Notes under the pieces: generated by a model
Databases searched by the model: none
The model's input: only the letters and a program-made list of their open reading frames with translations
What the model was told of the DNA's origin: nothing
Made by a program: the position numbers and the translations under genes
Shown: piece after piece, positions 41,501-56,500 of the stretch
Numbering within the stretch: the first letter of the stretch is position 1
How the letters are laid out: each line of letters starts with the position of its first letter
Assembly: GCA_964016885.1 (NCBI GenBank)
Contig: CAXHJY010000096.1
Span: 2,046,001-2,110,000, forward strand
From: Eledone cirrhosa
Taxonomy: Eukaryota
DNA: 64,000 nt
Direction: 5' to 3'

Positions 41501-44500
41501 CAAGGGGAGATAATTTCCAGCCGTCCAAGGGTAGATAATATCCAGCCGTCCAAGGACATATTTTCCAGCCGTCCAAGGAGAGGTAATTTCTAGCCGTCCA
41601 AGGGGAGATAAATTCCAGCCTCCAAGGTGAGATAATTTCCAGCCAGCCAAGGGGAGATAATTTGTAAAAAAAAATCAGGGGGAGATAATTTGTAAAAAAA
41701 ATCAAGGGGAGATAATTTCCAGCCGTCCAAGGGGAGATAATTTTCAGCCGTCCAAGGGGAGATAATTTCCCGCCAGCCAAGGGAAGATAATATTTAAAAA
41801 AATCAGGCGGAGATAATTTGTAAAAAAAATCAGGGGGAGATAATTTGTAAAAAAATCAGGGGGAGATAATTTGTAAAAAAAAAATCAGGGGGAGATAATT
41901 TGTAAAAAAAATCAGGGGGAGATAATTTGTAAAAAAAAATCAGGGGTAGATGAATTGTAAAAAAAAATCAGGGGGAGATAATTTGTAAAAAAAATCAGGG
42001 GGAGATAATTTGTAAAAAAAATGAAAGGGGAGATAATATCCAGCCGTCCAAGGGGAGATAATTTCCAGCCGTCCAAGGGGAGATAATTTCCAGCCGTCCA
42101 AGGGGAGATAATTTCCATCCTTCCAAGGGGATATAATTTCCAGCCGTCCAAGGGGAGATAATTTCCCGCCAGCCAAGGGAAGATAATATTTAAAAAAATT
42201 AGGCGGAGATAATTTGTAAAAAAAATCAGGGGGAGATAATTTGTAAAAAATCAGGGGGAGATAATTTGTAAAAAAAATCAGGGGGAGATAATTTGTAAAA
42301 AAAATCATGGGGAGATAATTTGTAAAAAAAAATCAGGGGTAGATAATTTGTAAAAAAAAATAAGGGGGAGATAATTTGTAAAAAAAAATCAGGGGGAGAT
42401 AATTTGTAAAAAAAATCAAGGGGAGATAATTTCCAGCCGTCCAAGGGGAGATAATTTTCAGCCGTCCAAGGAGAGGTAATTTCTAGCCGTCCAAGGGGAG
42501 ATAATTTCCAGCCGTCCAAGGGGAGGTAATTTCCAGCCGTCCAAGGGGAGATAATTTTAAAAAAAAAATCAGGCGGAGATAATTTGTAAAAAAAATCAAG
42601 GGGAGATAATTTGCAGCCGTCCAAGGGGAGATAATTTTCAGTCGTCCAAGGAGAGGTAATTTCTAGCCGTCCAAGGGGAGATAATTGCCAGCCGTCCAAG
42701 GGGAGATAATTTCCAGCCGTCCAAGGGGAGATAATTTTTTTTAAAAAATCAGGCGGAGATAATTTGTAAAAAAAATCAGGGGGAGATAATTTGTAAACAA
42801 AATCAGGGGGAGATAATTTGTAAAAAAAAATCAGGGGTAGATAATTTGTAAAAAAAAATCAGGGGGAGATAATTTGTAAAAAAAAATCAGGGGGAGATAA
42901 TTTGTAAAAAAAATCAAGGGGAGATAATTTCCAGCCGTCCAAGGGGAGATAATTTTCTGCCGTCCAAGGAGAGGTAATTTCTAGCCGTCCAAGGGGAGAT
43001 AATTTCCAGCCGTCCAAGGGGAGGTAATTTCCAGCCGTCCAAGGGGAGATAATTTTTAAAAAAAAATCAGGCGGAGATAATTTGTAAAAAAAATCAAGGG
43101 GAGATAATTTGCAGCCGTCCAAGGGGAGATAATTTTCAGTCGTCCAAGGAGAGGTAATTTCTAGCCGTCCAAGGGGAGATAATTGCCAGCCGTCCAAGGG
43201 GAGATAATTTCCAGCCGTCCAAGGGGAGATAATTTTTTTTAAAAAATCAGGCGGAGATAATTTGTAAAAAAAATCAGGGGGAGATAATTTGTAAACAAAA
43301 TCAGGGGGAGATAATTTGTAAAAAAAAATCAGGGGGAGATAATTTGTAAAAAAAATCATGGAGAGATAATTTCCAGCCGTCCAAGGGGAGATAATTTCCA
43401 GCCTTCCAAGGAGACATATTTTCCAGCCGTCCAAGGCGAGGTAATTTCTAGCCGTCCAAGGGGAGATAAATTCCAGCCTCCAAGGGGAGATAATTTCCAG
43501 CCAGCCAAGTGGAGATAATTTGTAAAAAAATCAGGGGGAGATAATTTGTAAAAAATATCAGGGAGATAATTTGTAAAAAAAAATCAGGGGGAGATAATTT
43601 GTAAAAAAAATCAGGGGGAGATAATTTGTAAAAAAAAATCAGGGGGAGATAATTTGTAAAAAAAATCAAGGGGAGATAATTTCCAGCCGTCCAAGGGGAG
43701 ATAATTTTCAGCCGTCCAAGGGGAGATAATTTCCCGCCAGCCAAGGGAAGATAATATTTAAAAAAATCAGGCGGAGATAATTTGTAAAAAAAATCAGGGG
43801 GAGATAATTTGTAAAAAAATCAGGGGGAGATAATTTGTAAAAAAAAAATCAGGGGGAGATAATTTGTAAAAAAAATCAGGGGGAGATAATTTGTAAAAAA
43901 AAATCAGGGGTAGATAATTTGTAAACAAAAATCAGGGGGAGATAATTTGTAAAAAAAAATCAGGGGGAGATAATTTGTAAAAAAAATGAAAGGGGAGATA
44001 ATATCCAGCCGTCCAAGGGGAGATAATTTCCAGCCGTCCAAGGAGACATATTTTCCAGCCGTCCAAGGAGAGGTAATTCCTAGCCGTCCAAGGGGAGATA
44101 AATTCCAGCCTCCAAGGGGAGATAATTTGTAAAAAAAATCAGGGGGAGATAATTTGTAAAAAAAATCAGGGGGAGATAATTTGTAAAAAAAATCAGGGGG
44201 AGATAATTTGTAAAAAAAAATCAGGGGTAGATAATTTGTAAAAAATAATCAGGGGGAGATAATTTGTAAAAAAAATCAAGGGGAGATAATTTCCAGCCGT
44301 CCAAGGGGAGATAATTTTCAGCCGTCCAAGGGGAGATAATTTCCCGCCAGCCAAGGGAAGATAATATTTAAAAAAATTAGGCGGAGATAATTTGTAAAAA
44401 AAATCAGGGGTAGATAATTTGTAAAAAAATCAGGGGGAGATAATTTGTAAAAAAAATCAGGGGGAGATAATTTGTAAAAAAAATCAGGGGGAGATAATTT

Positions 44501-47500
44501 GTAAAAAAAAATCAGGGGGAGATAATTTGTAAAAAAAATCAAGGGGAGATAATTTCCAGCCGTCCAAGGGAAGATAATTTCCAGCCCTCCAAGGGGCTAT
44601 AATTTCCAGCGTCCAAGGGGAGATAATTTCCAGCCAGCGAAGGGGAGATAATTTTTTTTAAAAAATCATTGGGAGATTTGTAAAAAAAATCAGGGGGAGA
44701 TAATTTGTAAAAAAAATCAAGGGGAGATAATTTCCAGCCGTCCAAGGGGAGGTAATATCTAGCCGTCCAAGGGGAGATAATTTCCAGCCGTCCAAGGGGA
44801 GATAATTTCCAGCCGTCCAAGGGTAGATAATATCCAGCCGTCCAAGGACATATTTTCCAGCCGTCCAAGGAGAGGTAATTTCTAGCCGTCCAAGGGGAGA
44901 TAAATTCCAGCCTCCAAGGTGAGATAATTTCCAGCCAGCCAAGGGGAGATAATTTGTAAAAAAATCAGGGGGAGATAATTTGTAAAAAAAATCAGGGGGA
45001 GATAATTTGTAAAAAAAAATCAGGGGGAGATAATTTGTAAAAAAAAATCAGGGGGAGATAATTTGTAAAAAAAAATCAGGGGGAGATAATTTGTAAAAAA
45101 ATCAAGGGGAGATAATTTCCAGCCGTCCAAGGGGAGATAATTTTCAGCCGTCCAAGGGGAGATAATTTCCCGCCAGCCAAGGGAAGATAATATTTGAAAA
45201 AATCAGGCGGAGATAATTTGTAAAAAAAATCAGGGGGAGATAATTTGTAAAAAAATCAGGGGGAGATAATTTGTAAAAAAAAAATCATGGGGAGATAATT
45301 TGTAAAAAAAATCAGGGGGAGATAATTTGTAAAAAAAAATCAGGGGTAGATAAATTGTAAAAAAAAATCAGGGGGAGATAATTTGTAAAAAAAATCAGGG
45401 GGAGATAATTTGTAAAAAAAATGAAAGGGGAGATAATATCCAGCCGTCCAAGGGGAGATAATTTCCAGCCGTCCAAGGGGAGATAATTTCCAGCCGTCCA
45501 AGGGGAGATAATTTCCATCCTTCCAAGGGGATATAATTTCCAGCCGTCCAAGGGGAGATAATTTCCCGCCAGCCAAGGGAAGATAATTTTTAAAAAAATC
45601 AGGCGGAGATTGTAAAAAAAATCAGGGGGGAGATAATTTGTAAAAAAATCAGGGGGAGATAATTTGTAAAAAAAAATCAGGGGGAGATAATTTGTAAAAA
45701 ATAATCAGGGGGAGATAATTTGTAAAAAAAAATCAAGGGGAGATAATTTCCAGCCGTCCAAGGGGAGGTAATATCTAGCCGTCCAAGGGGAGATAATTTC
45801 CAGCCGTCCAACGGGAGATAATTTCCAGCCGTCCATGGGTAGATAATATCCAGCCGCCCAAGGACATATTTTCCAGCCGTCCAAGGAGAGGTAATTTCTA
45901 GCCGTCCAAGGGGAGATAATTACAGCCGTCCAAGGGTAGATAATATCCAGCCGTCCAAGGACATATTTTCCAGCCGTCCAAGGAGAGGTAATTTCTAGCC
46001 GTCCAAGGGGAGATAAATTCCAGCCTCCAAGGGGAGATAATTTCCAGCCAGCCAAGGGGAGATAATTTGTAAAAAAATCAGGGGGAGATAATTTGTAAAA
46101 AAAATCAGGGGGAGATAATTTGTAAAAAAAAATCAGGGGGAGATAATTTGTAAAAAAAAATCAGGGGGAGATAATTTGCAAAAAAAATCAGGGGGAGATA
46201 ATTTGTAAAAAAAAATCAGGGGTAGATAATTTGTAAAAAAAAATCAGGGGGAGATAATTTGTAAAAAAAAATCAGGGGGAGATAATTTGTAAAAAAAATC
46301 AAGGGGAGATAATTTCCAGCCGTCCAAGGGAAGATAATTTCCAGCCCTCCAAGGGGCTATAATTTCCAGCGTCCAAGGGGAGATAATTTCCAGCCAGCGA
46401 AGGGGAGATAATTTTTTTTAAAAAATCATTGGGAGATTTGTAAAAAAAATCAGGGGGAGATAATTTGTAAAAAAAATCAAGGGGAGATAATTTCCAGCCG
46501 TCCAAGGGGAGGTAATATCTAGCCGTCCAAGGGGAGATAATTTCCAGCCGTCCAACGGGAGATAATTTCCAGCCGTCCATGGGTAGATAATATCCAGCCG
46601 CCCAAGGACATATTTTCCAGCCGTCCAAGGAGAGGTAATTTCTAGCCGTCCAAGGGGAGATAATTTCCAGCCGTCCAAGGGTAGATAATATCCAGCCGTC
46701 CAAGGACATATTTTCCAGCCGTCCAAGGAGAGGTAATTTCTAGCCGTCCAAGGGGAGATAAATTCCAGCCTCCAAGGGGAGATAATTTCCAGCCAGCCAA
46801 GGGGAGATAATTTGTAAAAAAATCAGGGGGAGATAATTTGTAAAAAAAATCAGGGGGAGATAATTTGTAAAAAAAAATCAGGGGGAGATAATTTGTAAAA
46901 AAAAATCAGGGGGAGATAATTTGCAAAAAAAATCAGGGGGAGATAATTTGTATAAAAAAATCAGGGGTAGATAATTTGTAAAAAAAAATCAGGGGGAGAT
47001 AATTTGTAAAAAAAAATCAGGGGGAGATAATTTGTAAAAAAAATCAAGGGGAGATAATTTCCAGCCGTCCAAGGAGAGATAATTTAAAAAAAAAATCAGG
47101 CGGAGATAATTTGTAAAAAAAAATCAGGGGGAGATAATTTGTAAAAAAAATCAGGGGGAGATAATTTGTAAAAAAAAATCAGGGGTAGATAATTTGTAAA
47201 AAAAAATCAGGGGGAGATAATTTGTAAAAAAAATCAAGGGGAGATAATTTCCAGCCGTCCAAGGAGAGATAATTTAAAAAAAAATCAGGGGGAGATAATT
47301 TGTAAAAAAAATCAAGGGGAGATAATTTCCAGCCGTCCAAGGGGAGATAATTTTCAGCCGTCCAAGGGGAGATAATTTCCCGCCAGCCAAGGGAAGATAA
47401 TATTCAAAAAAATCAGGCGGAGATAATTTGTAAAAAAAATCAGGGGGAGATAATTTGTAAAAAAATCAGGGGGAGATAATTTGTAAAAAAAAAAATCAGG

Positions 47501-50500
47501 GGGAGATAATTTGTAAAAAAAATCAGGGGGAGATAATTTGTAAAAAAAAATCAGGGGTAGATAATTTGTAAAAAAAAATCAGGGGGAGATAATTTGTAAA
47601 AAAAAATCAGGGGGAGATAATTTGTAAAAAAAATGAAAGGGGAGATAATATCCAGCCGTCCAAGGGGAGATAATTTCCAGCCGTCCAAGGGGAGATAATT
47701 TCCAGCCGTCCAAGGGGAGATAATTTCCATCCTTCCAAGGGGATATAATTTCCAGCCGTCCAAGGGGAGATAATTTCCATCCTTCCAAGGGGATATAATT
47801 TCCAGCCGTCCAAGGGGAGATAATTTTCAGCCGTCCAAGGAGAGGTAATTTCTAGCCGTCCAAGGAGAGATAATTTCCAGCCGTCCAAGGGGAGATAATT
47901 TCCAGCCGTCCAAGGGGAGATAATTTCCAGCCGTCCAAGGAGACATATTTTCCAGCCGTCCAAGGAGAGGTAATTCCTAGCCGTCCAAGGGGAGATAAAT
48001 TCCAGCCTCCAAGGGGAGATAATTTCCAGCCAGCCAAGGGGAGATAATTTGTAAAAAAAATCAGGGGGAGATAATTTGTAAAAAAAATCAGGGGGAGATA
48101 ATTTGTAAAGAAATCAGGGGGAGATAATTTGTAAAAAAAAATCAGGGGGAGATAATTTGTAAAAAAAATCAGGGGGAGATAATTTGTAAAAAAAAATCAG
48201 GGGGAGATAATTTGTAAAAAAAATCAAGGGGAGATAATTTCCAGCCGTCCAAGGGAAGATAATTTCCAGCCCTCCAAGGGGCTATAATTTCCAGCGTCCA
48301 AGGGGAGATAATTTCCAGCCAGCGAAGGGGAGATAATTTTTTTAAAAAAATCATTGGGAGATTTGTAAAAAAATCAGGGGGAGATAATTTGTAAAAAAAA
48401 TCAAGGGGAGATAATTACCAGCCGTCCAAGGGGAGGTAATATCTAGCCGTCCAAGGGGTGATAATTTCCAGCCGTCCAAGGGGAGATAATTTCCAGCCGT
48501 CCAAGGGTAGATAATATCCAGCCGTCCAAGGACATATTTTCCAGCCGTCCAAGGAGAGGTAATTTCTAGCCGTCCAAGGGGAGATAAATTCCAGCCTCCA
48601 AGGTGAGATAATTTCCAGCCAGCCAAGGGGAGATAATTTGTAAAAAAAAATCAGGGGGAGATAATTTGTAAAAAAAATCAAGGGGAGATAATTTCCAGCC
48701 GTCCAAGGGGAGATAATTTTCAGCCGTCCAAGGGGAGATAATTTCCCGCCAGCCAAGGGAAGATAATATTTAAAAAAATCAGGCGGAGATAATTTGTAAA
48801 AAAAATCAGGGGGAGATAATTTGTAAAAAAATCAGGGGGAGATAATTTGTAAAAAAAAAATCAGGGGGAGATAATTTGTAAAAAAAATCAGGGGGAGATA
48901 ATTTGTAAAAAAAAATCAGGGGTAGATGAATTGTAAAAAAAAATCAGGGGGAGATAATTTGTAAAAAAAATCAGGGGGAGATAATTTGTAAAAAAAATGA
49001 AAGGGGAGATAATATCCAGCCGTCCAAGGGGAGATAATTTCCAGCCGTCCAAGGGGAGATAATTTCCAGCCGTCCAAGGGGAGATAATTTCCATCCTTCC
49101 AAGGGGATATAATTTCCAGCCGTCCAAGGGGAGATAATTTCCCGCCAGCCAAGATAAGATAATATTTAAAAAAATTAGGCGGAGATAATTTGTAAAAAAA
49201 ATCAGGGGGAGATAATTTGTAAAAAATCAGGGGGAGATAATTTGTAAAAAAAATCAGGGGGAGATAATTTGTAAAAAAAATCATGGGGAGATAATTTGTA
49301 AAAAAAAATCAGGGGTAGATAATTTGTAAAAAAAAATCAGGGGGAGATAATTTGTAAAAAAAAATCAGGGGGAGATAATTTGTAAAAAAAATCAAGGGGA
49401 GATAATTTCCAGCCGTCCAAGGGGAGATAATTTTCAGCCGTCCAAGGAGAGGTAATTTCTAGCCGTCCAAGGGGAGATAATTTCCAGCCGTCCAAGGGGA
49501 GGTAATTTCCAGCCGTCCAAGGGGAGATAATTTTAAAAAAAAAATCAGGCGGAGATAATTTGTAAAAAAAATCAAGGGGAGATAATTTGCAGCCGTCCAA
49601 GGGGAGATAATTTTCAGTCGTCCAAGGAGAGGTAATTTCTAGCCGTCCAAGGGGAGATAATTGCCAGCCGTCCAAGGGGAGATAATTTCCAGCCGTCCAA
49701 GGGGAGATAATTTTTTTTAAAAAATCAGGCGGAGATAATTTGTAAAAAAAATCAGGGGGAGATAATTTGTAAACAAAATCAGGGGGAGATAATTTGTAAA
49801 AAAAAATCAGGGGTAGATAATTTGTAAAAAAAAATCAGGGGGAGATAATTTGTAAAAAAAAATCAGGGGGAGATAATTTGTAAAAAAAATCAAGGGGAGA
49901 TAATTTCCAGCCGTCCAAGGGGAGATAATTTTCAGCCGTCCAAGGAGAGGTAATTTCTAGCCGTCCAAGGGGAGATAATTTCCAGCCGTCCAAGGGGAGG
50001 TAATTTCCAGCCGTCCAAGGGGAGATAATTTTAAAAAAAAATCAGGCGGAGATAATTTGTAAAAAAAATCAAGGGGAGATAATTTGCAGCCGTCCAAGGG
50101 GAGATAATTTTCAGTCGTCCAAGGAGAGGTAATTTCTAGCCGTCCAAGGGGAGATAATTGCCAGCCGTCCAAGGGGAGATAATTTCCAGCCGTCCAAGGG
50201 GAGATAATTTTTTTTAAAAAATCAGGCGGTGATAATTTGTAAAAAAAATCAGGGGGAGATAATTTGTAAACAAAATCAGGGGGAGATAATTTGTAAAAAA
50301 AAATCAGGGGGAGATAATTTGTAAAAAAAATCATGGAGAGATAATTTCCAGCCGTCCAAGGGGAGATAATTTCCAGCCTTCCAAGGAGACATATTTTCCA
50401 GCCGTCCAAGGCGAGGTAATTTCTAGCCGTCCAAGGGGAGATAAATTCCAGCCTCCAAGGGGAGATAATTTCCAGCCAGCCAAGTGGAGATAATTTGTAA

Positions 50501-53500
50501 AAAAATCAGGGGGAGATAATTTGTAAAAAATATCAGGGAGATAATTTGTAAAAAAAAATCAGGGGGAGATAATTTGTAAAAAAAATCAGGGGGAGATAAT
50601 TTGTAAAAAAAAATCAGGGGGAGATAATTTGTAAAAAAAATCAAGGGGAGATAATTTCCAGCCGTCCAAGGGGAGATAATTTTCAGCCGTCCAAGGGGAG
50701 ATAATTTCCCGCCAGCCAAGGGAAGATAATATTTAAAAAAATCAGGCGGAGATAATTTGTAAAAAAAATCAGGGGGAGATAATTTGTAAAAAAAAATCAG
50801 GGGTAGATAATTTGTAAACAAAAATCAGGGGGAGATAATTTGTAAAAAAAAATCAGGGGGAGATAATTTGTAAAAAAAATGAAAGGGGAGATAATATCCA
50901 GCCGTCCAAGGGGAGATAATTTCCAGCCGTCCAAGGGGATATAATTTCCAGCCGTCCAAGGGGAGATAATTTCCATCCTTCCAAGGGGATATAATTTCCA
51001 GCCGTCCAAGGGGAGATAATTTCCCGCCAGCCAAGGGAAGATAATTTTTAAAAAAATCAGGCGGAGATTGTAAAAAAAATCAGGGGGGAGATAATTTGTA
51101 AAAAAATCAGGGGGAGATAATTTGTAAAAAATAATCAGGGGGAGATAATTTGTAAAAAAATTCAAGGGGAGATAATTTCCAGCCGTCCAAGGGGAGATAA
51201 TTTCCCGCCAGCCAAGGGAAGATAATATTTAAAAAAATCAGGCGGAGATTGTAAAAAAAATCAGGGGGGAGATAATTTGTAAAAAAATCAGGGGGAGATA
51301 ATTTGTAAAAAAAATCAGGGGGAGATAATTTGTAAAAAAATCAGGGGGAGATAATTTGTAAAAAAAATCAGGGGGAGATAATTTGTAAAAAAAATCATGG
51401 GGAGATAATTTGTAAAAAGAAATCAGGGGTAGATAATTTGTAAAAAAAAATCAGGGGGAGATAATTTGTAAAAAAAAATCAGGGGGAGATAATTTGTAAA
51501 AAAAATCAAGGGGAGATAATATCCAGCCGTCCAAGGAGAGATAATTTCAAAAAAAAATGAGGCGGAGATAATTTGTAAAAAAAAAATCAGGGGGAGTTAA
51601 TTTGTAAAAAAAAATGAGGGGGAGATAATTTGTAAAAAAAATCAAGGGGAGATAATTTCCAGCCGTCCAAGGGGAGATAATTTTCAGCCGTCCAAGGAGA
51701 GGTAATTTCTAGCCGTCCAAGGGGAGATAATTTCCAGCCGTCCAAGGGGAGGTAATTTCCAGCCGTCCAAGGGGAGATAATTTAAAAAAAAAAATCAGGC
51801 GGAGATAATTTGTAAAAAAAATCAGGGGGAGATAATTTGTAAACAAAATCAGGGGGAGATAATTTGTAAAAAAACATCAGGGGGAGATAATTTGTAAAAA
51901 AAATTAGGCGTAGATAATTTGTAAAAAAAAATCAGGGGGAGATAATTTGTAAAAAAAAATCAGGGGGAGATAATTTGTTTAAAAAATCAAGGGGAGATAA
52001 TTTGCAGCCGTCCAAGGGGAGATAATTTTCAGCCGTCCAAGGAGAGGTAATTTCTAGCCGTTCAAGGGGAGATAATTTCCAGCCGTCCAAGGGGAGATAA
52101 TTTCCAGCCGTCCAAGGGGAGATAATTTTTTTTTAAAAATCAGGCGGAGATAATTTGTAAAAAAAAATCAGGGGGAGATAATTCGTAAAAAAAAATCAGG
52201 GGGAGATAATTTGTAAAAAAAAATCAGGGGGAGATAATTTGTAAAAAAAATCAAGGGGAGATAATTTCCAGCCGTCCAAGGGGAGGTAATATCTAGCCGT
52301 CCAAGGGGAGATAATTTCCAGCCGTCCAAGGGGAGATAATTTCCAGCCGTCCAAGGGGAGATAATTTCCAGCCGTCCAAGGAGACATATTTTCCAGCCGT
52401 CCAAGGCGAGGTAATTTCTAGCCGTCCAAGGGGAGATAAATTCCAGCCTCCAAGGGGAGATAATTTCCAGCCAGCCAAGGGGAGATAATTTGTAAAAAAA
52501 TCCGGGGGAGATAATTTGTAAAAAATATCAGGGAGATAATTTGTAAAAAAAAATCAGGGGGAGATAATTTGTAAAAAAAATCAGGGGGAGATAATTTGTA
52601 AAAAAAAATCAGGGGGAGATAATTTGTAAAAAAAATCAAGGGGAGATAATTTCCAGCCGTCCAAGGGGAGATAATTTTCAGCCGTCCAAAGAGAGGTAAT
52701 TTCTAACCGTCCGAGGAGAGATAATTTCCAGCCGTCCAAGGGGAGATAATTTCCAGCCGTCCAAGGGGAGATAATTTCCAGCCTTCCAAGGAGACATATT
52801 TTCCAGCCGTCCAAGGAGAGGTAATTTCTAGCCGTCCAAGGGGAGATAAATTCCAGCCTCCAAGGGGAGATAATTTCCAGCCAGCCAAATGGAGATAATT
52901 TGTAAAAAAATCAGGGGGAGATAATTTGCAAAAAAAATCAGGGGGAGATAATTTGTAAAAAATAATCAGGGGGAGATAATTTCCAGCCGTCCAAGGGGAG
53001 ATAATTTAAAAAAAAATCAGGCGGAGATAATTTGTAAAAAAAAATCAGGGGGAGATAATTTGTAAAAAAAAATCAGGGGGAGATAATTTGTAAAAAAAAT
53101 CAAGGGGAGATAATTTCCAGCCGTCCAAGGGAAGATAATTTCCAGCCCTCCAAGGGGCTATAATTTCCAGTGTCCAAGGGGAGATAATTTCCAGCCAGCG
53201 AAGGGGAGATAATTTTTTTTAAAAAATCATTGGGAGATTTGTAAAAAAAATCAGGGGGAGATAATTTGTAAAAAAAATCAAGGGGAGATAATTTCCAGCC
53301 GTCCAAGGGGAGGTAATATCTAGCCGTCCAAGGGGAGATAATTTCCAGCCGTCCAAGGGGAGATAATTTCCAGCCGTCCCAGGGTAGATAATATCCAGCC
53401 GCCCAAGGACATATTTTCCAGCCGTCCAAGGAGAGGTAATTTCTAGCCGTCCAAGGGGAGATAAATTCCAGCCTCCAAGGGGAGATAATTTCCAGCCAGC

Positions 53501-56500
53501 CAAGGGGAGATAATTTGTAAAAAAATCAGGGGGAGATAATTTGTAAAAAAAATCAGGGGGAGATAATTTGTAAAAAAAATCAGGGGGAGATAATTTGTAA
53601 AAAAAAATCAGGGGGAGATAATTTGCAAAAAAAATCAGGGGGAGATAATTTGTAAAAAAAAATCAGGGGTAGATAATTTGTAAAAAAAAATCAGGGGGAG
53701 ATAATTTGTAAAAAAAAATCAGGGGGAGATAATTTGTAAAAAAAATCAAGGGGAGATAATTTCCAGCCGTCCAAGGAGAGATAATTTAAAAAAAAATCAG
53801 GCGGAGATAATTTGTAAAAAAAAATCAGGGGGAGATAATTTGTAAAAAAAATCAGGGGGAGATAATTTGTAAAAAAAAATCAGGGGTAGATAATTTGTAA
53901 AAAAAAATCAGGGGGAGATAATTTGTAAAAAAAAATCAGGGGGAGATAATTTGTAAAAAAAATCAAGGGGAGATAATTTCCAGCCGTCCAAGGAGAGATA
54001 ATTTTAAAAAAAATCAGGCGGAGATAATTTGTAAAAAAAAATTAGGGGGAGATAATTTGTAAAAAAAAATCAGGGGGAGATAATTTGTAAAAAAAATCAA
54101 GGGGAGATAATTTCCAGCCGTCCAAGGGGAGATAATTTTCAGCCGTCCAAGGGGAGATAATTTCCCGCCAGCCAAGGGAAGATAATATTCAAAAAAATCA
54201 GGCGGAGATAATTTGTAAAAAAAATCAGGGGGAGATAATTTGTAAAAAAATCAGGGGGAGATAATTTGTAAAAAAAAAAATCAGGGGGAGATAATTTGTA
54301 AAAAAAATCAGGGGGAGATAATTTGTAAAAAAAAATCAGGGGTAGATAATTTGTAAAAAAAAATCAGGGGGAGATAATTTGTAAAAAAAAATCAGGGGGA
54401 GATAATTTGTAAAAAAAATGAAAGGGGAGATAATATCCAGCCGTCCAAGGGGAGATAATTTCCAGCCGTCCAAGGGGAGATAATTTCCAGCCGTCCAAGG
54501 GGAGATAATTTCCATCCTTCCAAGGGGATATAATTTCCAGCCGTCCAAGGGGAGATAATTTCCATCCTTCCAAGGGGATATAATTTCCAGCCGTCCAAGG
54601 GGAGATAATTTTCAGCCGTCCAAGGAGAGGTAATTTCTAGCCGTCCAAGGAGAGATAATTTCCAGCCGTCCAAGGGGAGATAATTTCCAGCCGTCCAAGG
54701 GGAGATAATTTCCAGCCGTCCAAGGAGACATATTTTCCAGCCGTCCAAGGAGAGGTAATTCCTAGCCGTCCAAGGGGAGATAAATTCCCGCCTCCAAGGG
54801 GAGATAATTTCCAGCCAGCCAAGGGGAGATAATTTGTAAAAAAAATCAGGGGGAGATAATTTGTAAAAAAAAATCAGGGGGAGATAATTTGTAAAAAATA
54901 ATCAGGGGGAGATAATTTGTAAAAAAAATCAAGGGGAGATAATTTCCAGCCGTCCAAGGGGAGATAATTTTCAGCCGTCCAAGGGGAGATAATTTCCCGC
55001 CAGCCAAGGGAAGATAATATTTAAAAAAATTAGGCGGAGATAATTTGTAAAAAAAATCAGGGGGAGATAATTTGTAAAAAAATCAGGGGGAGATAATTTG
55101 TAAAAAAAATCAGGGGGAGATAATTTGTAAAAAAAATCAGGGGTAGATAATTTGTAAAAAAAAATCAGGGGGAGATAATTTGTAAAAAAAATCAAGGGGA
55201 GATAATTTCCAGCCGTCCAAGGGAAGATAATTTCCAGCCCTCCAAGGGGCTATAATTTCCAGCGTCCAAGGGGAGATAATTTCCAGCCAGCGAAGGGGAG
55301 ATAATTTTTTTTAAAAAATCATTGGGAGATTTGTAAAAAAAATCAGGGGGAGATAATTTGTAAAAAAAATCAAGGGGAGATAATTTCCAGCCGTCCAAGG
55401 GGAGGTAATATCTAGCCGTCCAAGGGGAGATAATTTCCAGCCGTCCAAGGGGAGATAATTTCCAGCCGTCCAAGGGTAGATAATATCCAGCCGTCCAAGG
55501 ACATATTTTCCAGCCGTCCAAGGAGAGGTAATTTCTAGCCGTCCAAGGGGAGATAAATTCCAGCCTCCAAGGTGAGATAATTTCCAGCCAGCCAAGGGGA
55601 GATAATTTGTAAAAAAATCAGGGGGAGATAATTTGTAAAAAAAATCAGGGGGAGATAATTTGTAAAAAAAAATCAGGGGGAGATAATTTGTAAAAAAAAA
55701 TCAGGGGGAGATAATTTGTAAAAAAAAATCAGGGGGAGATAATTTGTAAAAAAATCAAGGGGAGATAATTTCCAGCCGTCCAAGGGGAGATAATTTTCAG
55801 CCGTCCAAGGGGAGATAATTTCCCGCCAGCCAAGGGAAGATAATATTTGAAAAAATCAGGCGGAGATAATTTGTAAAAAAAATCAGGGGGAGATAATTTG
55901 TAAAAAAATCAGGGGGAGATAATTTGTAAAAAAAAAATCAGGGGGAGATAATTTGTAAAAAGAATCAGGGGGAGATAATTTGTAAAAAAAAATCAGGGGT
56001 AGATAAATTGTAAAAAAAAATCAGGGGGAGATAATTTGTAAAAAAAATCAGGGGGAGATAATTTGTAAAAAAAATGAAAGGGGAGATAATATCCAGCCGT
56101 CCAAGGGGAGATAATTTCCAGCCGTCCAAGGGGAGATAATTTCCAGCCGTCCAAGGGGAGATAATTTCCATCCTTCCAAGGGGATATAATTTCCAGCCGT
56201 CCAAGGGGAGATAATTTCCCGCCAGCCAAGGGAAGATAATTTTTAAAAAAATCAGGCGGAGATTGTAAAAAAAATCAGGGGGGAGATAATTTGTAAAAAA
56301 ATCAGGGGGAGATAATTTGTAAAAAAAAATCAGGGGGAGATAATTTGTAAAAAATAATCAGGGGGAGATAATTTGTAAAAAAAAATCAAGGGGAGATAAT
56401 TTCCAGCCGTCCAAGGGGAGATAATTTCCCGCCAGCCAAGGGAAGATAATATTTAAAAAAATTAGGCGGAGATAATTTGTAAAAAAAATCAGGGGGAGAT